Shown here: positions 25,938 to 33,700 of the stretch, piece by piece
How the letters are laid out: each line of letters starts with the position of its first letter
Position numbering within the stretch: the first letter of the stretch is position 1
NCBI GenBank assembly: GCA_031423875.1
Contig: JANPGI010000105.1
Span: forward strand, 1-51,727
Direction: 5' to 3'
DNA length: 51,727 bases
Origin: Verrucomicrobiota bacterium
Lineage (GTDB): Bacteria > Verrucomicrobiota > Verrucomicrobiia > Limisphaerales > JADLHS01
Translations under genes and position numbers: made by a program
Notes under the pieces: model-generated
Databases searched by the model: none
What the model was told of the DNA's origin: nothing
What the model saw: only the letters and a program-made list of their open reading frames with translations

Positions 25938-27304
25938 TTAGTTTCGGTAGTTACGATTGCCGTAGGCGATGGCAGCGGAGGCGCTTTGATGTAGGCAGAA
26001 ACCCACTGGAAGAACGCTGGCCAGTTGGGCGTGATGTCGTGGCCGCCGTCGTGCTGACGCCAAGCCAATTCACCGCCGATGAGTTGATTGACCGATGGCA
26101 TAGGGTCAGTGAGATAATCACCCGGCGTGCTGAAATCCTTTTTTCCGAACAAGCGATAAACCGGTCCGGCCAAGACACCCGCCATGAAACTCCCGCGCGC
26201 ATCCACCCATTTGGCATCGCCTTTTTCGACAACGCCGTAACTGATGAAACACGGTCGCGGCGCGCACATCGCGATCAGTTGATGCGAATCCACGGGCAGA
26301 TCAGCGGCGGTTTTCAATGGCTCGTTCGCGCCATACTTGATGTAATTTCCAGCCATCCAATAGTACCCGCCGCCGGTAAGATTCTCTACCGCCTCACCGA
26401 AGATGTGCCGATGCAATTTCGTGCCGCCCTGCCCGGATGAGCCGATCAAGCCCACGGCCACGCGTGCGTCGAACGCCTGACTGACGATAGCGGCTTTGCC
26501 ATAACGCGACAGTCCGGCAATGCCGACCTTCGTCGCGTCCACTTGCGAGTTGAGGTTTGTTTCAAAGTAATCAATGAACCGACTGACGCCCCATTGCCAC
26601 GCGCGCAACGCACCCCAATCGTCCGGTTTGCGCGGCTGACCTTTGTTCACCAGACCGATGATGCCGGTAGTCAGCTTATTGTTGTCTGGTTGGATGCTAG
26701 TGGGAATGATCGAGCCGTAACCCCAGCCGTTGGTGATGGCGATCGTCTGCCACAACGGTTCGCGCCTGCCACCACCACCAGGCCCGCGAAACCCAAAACC
26801 GAACTCAATCATGATCGGTACGCGATTCGTGGTCTTGGCTGGCACGGTGAAGCTCGCCTGAATGTCCACGGTGATGTTGGTGTAACTGGTGTTGTCCACA
26901 TGACCCACCAGCGTTTTGGTCACGATGGGAACACCGCCGAGGACGCTCTCGCTGACAGAAGTTACCTCCCAGTTTATCTTCGGCACTGCGGACGGAATGC
27001 GGCCGTAAATCTCTCGCTCAAAATCTTCCTGAATCTCCGCGCGTCGCGCTGGCCATTGCTCGGGACGCGTGATCTTCGTGCCATCCTTCATCGTCAACAC
27101 TTCCGGCAGGGTGTGCGCGTAGGGGTTTGCCGTGGCTTCGTTGAACGTGTCTTGGTTGTTCGGGTCCGCGCCGCGCCGCAATTTTTTCACCCCCAACTGA
27201 TCCATCATGTTCTGATGGTCGTTGAAGGGTGCGGCTGTGGATTGGGCGTGGGCCGACAGCGACGCCAGCGTCAGCAGCGACACGATGAGATTCAGGCAAC
27301 GCAC
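25934..27304 (-). CDS. CE15-like glucuronoyl esterase (4-O-methyl-glucuronoyl methylesterase family)
   Basis: Signal peptide MRCLNLIVSLLTLASLSAHA. Nucleophile motif GLSRYGKAA (G-x-S-R-x-G-K as in CE15), C-terminal HDGGHD. The gene context is alpha-glucuronidases and a xylanase. Confidence 0.7.
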   Translation of the reverse strand: MRCLNLIVSLLTLASLSAHAQSTAAPFNDHQNMMDQLGVKKLRRGADPNNQDTFNEATANPYAHTLPEVLTMKDGTKITRPEQWPARRAEIQEDFEREIYGRIPSAVPKINWEVTSVSESVLGGVPIVTKTLVGHVDNTSYTNITVDIQASFTVPAKTTNRVPIMIEFGFGFRGPGGGGRREPLWQTIAITNGWGYGSIIPTSIQPDNNKLTTGIIGLVNKGQPRKPDDWGALRAWQWGVSRFIDYFETNLNSQVDATKVGIAGLSRYGKAAIVSQAFDARVAVGLIGSSGQGGTKLHRHIFGEAVENLTGGGYYWMAGNYIKYGANEPLKTAADLPVDSHQLIAMCAPRPCFISYGVVEKGDAKWVDARGSFMAGVLAGPVYRLFGKKDFSTPGDYLTDPMPSVNQLIGGELAWRQHDGGHDITPNWPAFFQWVSAYIKAPPLPSPTAIVTTETK

Positions 27305-27350
27305 AAATTTGATAGGGTCGGGATGATCTCGGAACAGTTGATCAAAATCG

Positions 27351-28655
27351 TCATGGCACGAACAGATTCAAATCAATCGAGTCCGCCATGGCTTTGTAAC
27401 CAAGCACGTTCAAATGCAACCAGTCGTTGGCATTCACGCCCGGGAAATACTCCGCCTTGAACTTCGTCGTATCCGCTGGATCGCGCACCGCCGCGTCGAA
27501 ATCGATCACGCCGTCGAACACCGTGTTCGTGCGGAACCATGCGTTGACGAACTGACGTTCCTCTTCATGAAGCGTGCTGTAATAGCCGTTGCCACCGAAC
27601 GGCGTGATCGTTGCGCCATAACATCGAATCCCCCGCGCCTTGGCCTTGGTGGCGATCTGGGCGTAAGCGTTCACGAGATTCGTCGCAGTGGTCATGCTGC
27701 TGGCGCCGCTGCCGATGTCGTTCACGCCTTCAAAACAGACGAAGTAGCGCACGCCATTCTGCCCCAGCACGTCCCGGTCAAATCGGTTCACCGCCGCGAC
27801 GCCAAGCCCGCCGAAAATGCCGTTACCGCCAACGCCCATGTTGGCCACCCCGACGCCCGCTGTCGGCGCGTTAGTGATCAGACGTTCGGCGAGAACATCC
27901 GTCCAACGATTGTTTAAGTCGTCGGTCGAACCCCGACCATCGGTGAGAGAATCACCCAGCACTGCAATGGTTCTGCCGAAGCTGTTGGCCAACACCTCTA
28001 AGCCGGTGATGATATACCAATGCTTGGTCTTGCTAGCGCTCGGCATGCTCGCAGCGGAAAGCACATTACTGGACTGGATGAACGACGTAGTGCGCGAGCC
28101 GGGATGTCCGTTGATAGTCGTGGCGGAGATGTCGCCGAAATAGATGCTGATGGCGACGTTGGTCAACGCTGGTAAGTCTAATGTGATCGGATCGGAGAAC
28201 ACCGCTTCGCCGCGCGGAATGACGACGCCGGGAGCGCCGCGAAAAGTGACGTTCTTTTCCGTGGCGGAGATGATGTCGCCATTGCCGATGCTGGCGGAGC
28301 TGGGAGCTAGCGCGACGCGGGCGGCATTGATGTTCACGGCGTTGGTGCCGTAATTGTTGGAGAAACGCACCCGCACCTGTTTTCCGCCAATGCTCACACG
28401 GATAAACTGGCGCAGCGTGCTGTGAGCCAGCGGCGCAGGCGGCAGGTTTCCAGGTTCGGTCAGTTGTGGTGCGGTGCCCCAAGTTGTCACCCAATGGCCG
28501 TCTGCGGCGCGGAGTTCGGACGGCAAACAGACAAGCGCGCCGAGCAACACCATAAACATGAACGCCGAGTTCGATTTCCGAATTCTCACCAGGGCAGTCA
28601 GTGCGCAGCGAGAGAAGGCACGCGCGTTAGTGATGGGATGATTGTCAGTTTGCAT
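27351..28655 (-). CDS. SGNH/GDSL-family hydrolase (probable acetyl esterase) with an N-terminal beta-sandwich domain
   Basis: Block I IAVLGDSLTDG, block III GVNDIG, C-terminal DWLHLN (DxxH). Alternative starts at 28559 and 28553 (MFMVLLGALVCL signal). Confidence 0.8.
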   Translation of the reverse strand: MQTDNHPITNARAFSRCALTALVRIRKSNSAFMFMVLLGALVCLPSELRAADGHWVTTWGTAPQLTEPGNLPPAPLAHSTLRQFIRVSIGGKQVRVRFSNNYGTNAVNINAARVALAPSSASIGNGDIISATEKNVTFRGAPGVVIPRGEAVFSDPITLDLPALTNVAISIYFGDISATTINGHPGSRTTSFIQSSNVLSAASMPSASKTKHWYIITGLEVLANSFGRTIAVLGDSLTDGRGSTDDLNNRWTDVLAERLITNAPTAGVGVANMGVGGNGIFGGLGVAAVNRFDRDVLGQNGVRYFVCFEGVNDIGSGASSMTTATNLVNAYAQIATKAKARGIRCYGATITPFGGNGYYSTLHEEERQFVNAWFRTNTVFDGVIDFDAAVRDPADTTKFKAEYFPGVNANDWLHLNVLGYKAMADSIDLNLFVP

Positions 28656-30699
28656 AGGAACGATAGTAGCGGGTTGAGGTGTTGTTGACGTCTGTGAATT
28701 GCCACGCGCCGTTCACGTCGGCGATGTTGGTGGACACGTTTTGCCAGATGACAGGCGGTGCAAGATTCGCCGTCGCCTGAACGACATTCGTCGAGTTGGG
28801 CGCGCCAAGGAAATGAAGCGTCACCGTGTCATTCATGTTGCGAACAATGTTGGTGATCCACGCTGGTGGCAACGGCAACGGAATACTGAACACAGTTCCA
28901 GCCGCACCCGGCCCACCGCTGAACGTCGTGCCGATCAAGGAATCTCCCACGCGCGACACCGGCGCGACGGGATAAGCACCGTACGCGTTCGTGCCGTTGC
29001 TCGCGAGCGCGCTGAAGTTGTGCACCAGCGTGAACTGAGAACTGCTTAGGTTATACGAAAACACTGCTCCCGCCGCGCCAGTCCCACCGGCGGATGCCGT
29101 GCCATAGAGAACATTGCTCGACAGAATCAAACCGGCGGCGGGAGATGCGCCACTGGTATTGGTACGCGTGACAGGATCAATCGCACCGAAGTGATGTAGC
29201 ACAGAAAAGCCGCTGCCGTTGGTAGAGAGCGAAAAGATTGTGCCGCGTCCGCCGCTGCCACCCGCGAAAGTTGTTCCGTACAGCCAGCCATTCGAGAAGA
29301 CCAGTCCACCGTAAGGAATCGCGCCGTCGGCGTTCGTGCCGGTCAGAGGATCGAGCGGCGCGAAGCTGCGAAGCGTGGTAAAACCGGCACCGTTCGTCCC
29401 GATGGAAAACACCACGCCGCTGCCCCCGGTTCCACCGGCAGAGGCAGTGCCGTAAAGCCTACTGCCCGAAATAATCAAACCTCCCGACGGAACTGCGCCG
29501 TCAACATTTGTACCCGTCTGTGAGTGCAGGATATTAAAATTATACATTACCGAGAAAGTCACGCCGTTGGTCGTGAGTGAGTAGATTGTGCCGTTTGCGC
29601 CCGCACCGCCCGCTGTGGTTGTTCCGTAAAGCGTGCCGCCAGCCAATGCAAGCAATGCCGTCGGACTCGCGCCGCCAGAGTTAGTAGCAGTGTCTGCGTG
29701 AACGGCGGAAAAATGACGCAGCACCGAAATGCTGCCGTTGGTTTGAACCGAGAAGACTGTTCCCACGCCGTTGTTGCCACCGGCGAAACTGGTGCCAAAG
29801 AATCCGTTTCCAGAAGCGGTTAAATCTCCATCCGAATTGTTCGCATCAGGCGCAACGGCGAAGGTGCGGAACGTGACAAAGTTCGAACCATTCGCGCTGA
29901 GATAGAAAGCCGTGCCTGCACCATTGGCGCCGCCGTTGAAAGTCGTGCCGCACAGGACGCCATTCAACAAAGCCACGCCCGCCGCCGGATTCGCGCCATC
30001 AGAGTTGAGACCGTTGCTCAACGGACTGAAGCGATGCAGCGCGATTCCGTCGGGGCCGTTGAATGTGTTCGTGCTAGGGCTAGGAGGCGGTGTTCCACCC
30101 GTGCCGTTGTCGAGATCAGTCACCGTGAAAGTGTTGCTGCTGACACCGAACACAAACTTGTCCAAGTCCAGCCCGTTTTCCCGCGCCCCGATCTGAACCG
30201 TCTGCGTTAGGTTTCCGGCAGTGACATTGAACCCGGACTGACTTGTGAACTGCGAGAGGTTGATCCATTTCCACATCCCGCTCCCGAGTGTTCCGCCGCC
30301 CGTCACCACGTCCACGCTATTGCTGAACCCGACGCTGCCGAGGCCGTTGGCCAATACCCAATCCGAGTTGAGCGTGGGTGATTTGCTGCCAAAGCTGGCT
30401 GCGTAAAACATGCTGTCGTCGTTGAACGTATCAGGGCCGACGCGCAGTCGGGCATAAAGTTGATAGAGTCCGGCAGCGGGAAAATTGACCGTGTAAGTCG
30501 CGACGCGCGTGGAGTTGCTGGGATTAGATCCTCCACCGATCGAAGTGATGGTGATAAACGCCGGACTGCTGCTGTTACTCACCGCCCAATCAGATCCAAG
30601 CGCACCGGACTCGGCTTGCATCGTCACTGAATTGGCCTGAGCGAGTCCTGGCACGATCACGATCAACGCAATCAGTAACCATTCTGTAAGAAATTTCAT
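28645..30699 (-). CDS. Secreted protein: N-terminal CBM-like domain + seven Gloeo_Verruco (GloVer) repeats + C-terminal YYR module
   Basis: Signal peptide. MQAESGALGSDWAV...YQLYARLRVG...LDLDKFVFG (CBM6/35-like logic). Repeats of the type DGA.P.GGL....G.LYGTT..GG..G.GT[IV]FS...NG..F..L..F. Confidence 0.8.
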   Translation of the reverse strand: MKFLTEWLLIALIVIVPGLAQANSVTMQAESGALGSDWAVSNSSSPAFITITSIGGGSNPSNSTRVATYTVNFPAAGLYQLYARLRVGPDTFNDDSMFYAASFGSKSPTLNSDWVLANGLGSVGFSNSVDVVTGGGTLGSGMWKWINLSQFTSQSGFNVTAGNLTQTVQIGARENGLDLDKFVFGVSSNTFTVTDLDNGTGGTPPPSPSTNTFNGPDGIALHRFSPLSNGLNSDGANPAAGVALLNGVLCGTTFNGGANGAGTAFYLSANGSNFVTFRTFAVAPDANNSDGDLTASGNGFFGTSFAGGNNGVGTVFSVQTNGSISVLRHFSAVHADTATNSGGASPTALLALAGGTLYGTTTAGGAGANGTIYSLTTNGVTFSVMYNFNILHSQTGTNVDGAVPSGGLIISGSRLYGTASAGGTGGSGVVFSIGTNGAGFTTLRSFAPLDPLTGTNADGAIPYGGLVFSNGWLYGTTFAGGSGGRGTIFSLSTNGSGFSVLHHFGAIDPVTRTNTSGASPAAGLILSSNVLYGTASAGGTGAAGAVFSYNLSSSQFTLVHNFSALASNGTNAYGAYPVAPVSRVGDSLIGTTFSGGPGAAGTVFSIPLPLPPAWITNIVRNMNDTVTLHFLGAPNSTNVVQATANLAPPVIWQNVSTNIADVNGAWQFTDVNNTSTRYYRSYAN
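28882..30048 (-). repeat. Array of about seven ~48-aa Gloeo_Verruco-type repeats (coding)
   Basis: LCGTTFNGGANGAGTAFYL / FFGTSFAGGNNGVGTVFSV / LYGTTTAGGAGANGTIYSL / LYGTASAGGTGGSGVVFSI / LYGTTFAGGSGGRGTIFSL / LYGTASAGGTGAAGAVFSY / LIGTTFSGGPGAAGTVFSI. Confidence 0.8.
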
Positions 30700-30739
30700 G
30701 CGAATAAAACGGTTGTTAAGTTCATCATCATTTTCCCGG

Positions 30740-33700
30740 CTACAACTGCGCGGGGGTCACGGCGCGGTAAAATCGCCGAGCGGCGCCTTGCGGGTTGTCC
30801 AAGACCACCGCCGCATGATTCGACGGTTGCGCGGGCACATCTTTCAATCGCAGCCAGGCTGTGTCACCCAGAGACGACTTGTATTGCACGGTGAACGAAT
30901 GGTTCGAGATCGCGTTAAAACTCAGCGAGACGATACCGGCATTCGCGCTGATGCTTTCCATGCGAAGGCTACCGCTAAAATTGTTCGTCTGCATCGGCGT
31001 GACCAACCGGTAGAAACGCTGCGCATCGCCGGCCACGGTATTGGTCAGGTTGACGACGCGATTCGTCGGATGCGCGGGGACGTTGCTCAACATTGACCAC
31101 TGTGCCGCGTCCAGTGACGATTTGAAAAGCAGACTGTAAGTGCGATTGGAACTGGCGAAAAATTGCAGGACGACATTGCCATTCTGCGCAGCGATCTGCG
31201 AGAACCTCAAGGCGCTCGCCGCGAATTGCGGATGCGTGCCCGCCAAATATTCCTCCCAGTTCGTCAGCCCATCAAGGTCTGGATCGTCGTTCGCGTCCGC
31301 GATGAAAACGAACGTGCCGAACTCCTGCTCCCACGCATCCGGCAGACCGTCGTTATCCGAATCACTTGTGCCGACGGCTTGCCCGGGCGTTGGCGCAGCG
31401 GCAATCCAGTGGGTCGGTTCGTTCCCGTAACTGGAAGCGGGCACGCGTTGCAACGACATGCCGCTGCCGTCAGCGGCTGGCGGCCAAGGAGTTTTATCAT
31501 TGTAACGCACCGCATCCATCGCCACGTACGGCACGCCATTGGTGTTGGGATTATCGGGCGCTTGCAACTCCACGTTCTCTCCGCCGTCCTGTAACTGTCC
31601 GGCAAACGGGCCAAAGATTTGGATGTTCGTCGGCACATTGTATTGGGAGCGGAACGCCGTCGGGTTGGTCGCCACGACGAGCAAAGTGCCGTTAGCGCCA
31701 ATCGTCACATTCGTCGGAAACGTGAAGTCCACGCCGCTGAGTTTCCAGGTATTCGTTGGGAAGGTGGCGTGCGCCAACGCCACCGGACTGGCGGTGAGGT
31801 TGAGCAACTCGACAAATTCCACGCCGTTGGTTTCCGGGTTGTAATGGATTTCGCTGATGACCACCGGGCCGATGACTGGAGTTCCATTCGCCACACCAAG
31901 TGTCAACGTCGCCTGCTGTGGATACGATTCCTCACCGGCACTATTCACATAGCGTCCAAAACTCACGCCATTGAATGACGCACCGAACTCCGCGCTGTGG
32001 CTGTAGCCGGTCAATGTACCATCGAGCGCGGCAGAAAAGAGATGCACGTCGTCGCCGGTGGAACTCAGCAGGAAACTATTCGTCGCGCCGGGCGTGGCGT
32101 TGAAATCGTCTTCATCGAAATAAATCCGCGCACCCGCGTTGATGACGGTGTTGTTCGGGATGCGGAACTTCTTCGGCGTGTCCGGAGCGTCTGTCAAATA
32201 CCAACCGCCGATGTTCACGTTCGTGCCAGTGGGATTGTAAAGTTCGACGGCGTCCTTTTGCGGCGGATCGGTGTGGGCAAGCACTTCGTTGATGACGATG
32301 GGCGCAATCGTCTGCACAGGATCATCCGCGCCCGGCGAGCCGCCGGGATTCGTGCTGGCACGCCAGCGATTGCCTTTGTCCGGCGCTTGCGACACACCGG
32401 GAGCGACCTGCACGAGCGAGAAATCCGCCACATCCGGCCCGACCGGCCAGTCGGGGCGATCATCATACGTGACAGAGAAGATCGGCGTGCCGAGCGCGTG
32501 TGAAAGCGTTAGCTGTTCGCCGCTGTTATCGAGTTGCCCGGTGTATGTGCCGCCGATGGTCACGCCCGGATACTTGCTAGTGAACGCCGCCGCGTTGCGC
32601 GCGAGCACGAAGAATTGTCCCGGCGCGAGAGTCGTTCCGTTTGTGAAGGTGAACGTCAGTCCGCTCGTGAACGTCAATCCGGAAAGATTCAGCGTATTCG
32701 TACCGGTATTTTTGAGTTCGAGGAATTCCAGATTGTTACCGGTCGTCGCGCCGATGGTGGGTGGATTGTACATGATCTCCGTGAGGGCCAGCTTGCTCAG
32801 GTCTTGCGGCGGAAAAAACACCGCTTCCGTCAGCGCGCTCCAATTGCCTGCATCGAACACACGCGCGCGCACCACCGTCGGCGCGTTGATCGGGATGGAG
32901 GCCGCGTAAGCCTGCGCGCTGGCCGCGATTGCGCCCGTCCCGTATTGGCGGGGGTCACTGCCGTCTGTGGTGAAATAGATCAACCCGGCTAAATTTGTGT
33001 GCGAAATGGTGAGCGCAAATCCGTTGCTCACCGCGCCGCCAAACTGGCTGAACTCCGGCGCGCTGGTGCTGGGAAAAAGAAGCGCCGCTTGCAAGCGCGC
33101 GATGGTGCGTTGGTGCATCACGTTGGGAAACCAGTTCGTGTACAGCTTATGCAACTCCGCCACCCACCACTCGTCGCGCGTCAAGGTCTGACCAGTGCCG
33201 CCATTGCCTCCGATCGCGAACTCGCGGGCGTCGCCCCAGCGCGCCGATTCGCCGACGATGGCGCGGTCAATTTCCGCAGCGAGCAATTGCAACCGGGCAA
33301 CGTTGTTCGACGGCGAAAGGGCGCCGCCGTTGAACATCTGCTTCTGCACGCGGTCGCCATACAGGCGGCGGAACTCGGGCCAGTTGCGCAATTGATTATA
33401 GAGGCGCGACGGCAATGATCCGTCACTCAGGCCGTTCACCCGATCATCGTTTCGCAGCCGGTTGAAGGCGATTTCCTGATCCCAGGGCAGGAAGATCCAT
33501 TTCGTGGTCGGCAAGCCATTGGTGGCATTGGCCCGACGGTGCGCCCAATAAGAGTTGTGCGGGTTGCTGATTTGCAGCCAGTCGTTGGCCTCCACCAAGG
33601 CGTGCAGCAGGAAGTAATCAATCAGGTTGTCCAAATCCACCTGATCTGCCACGGCCTGAAAAGCGGACTCGCTGTTGATGCCAAGATTGACCAGGGCGAT

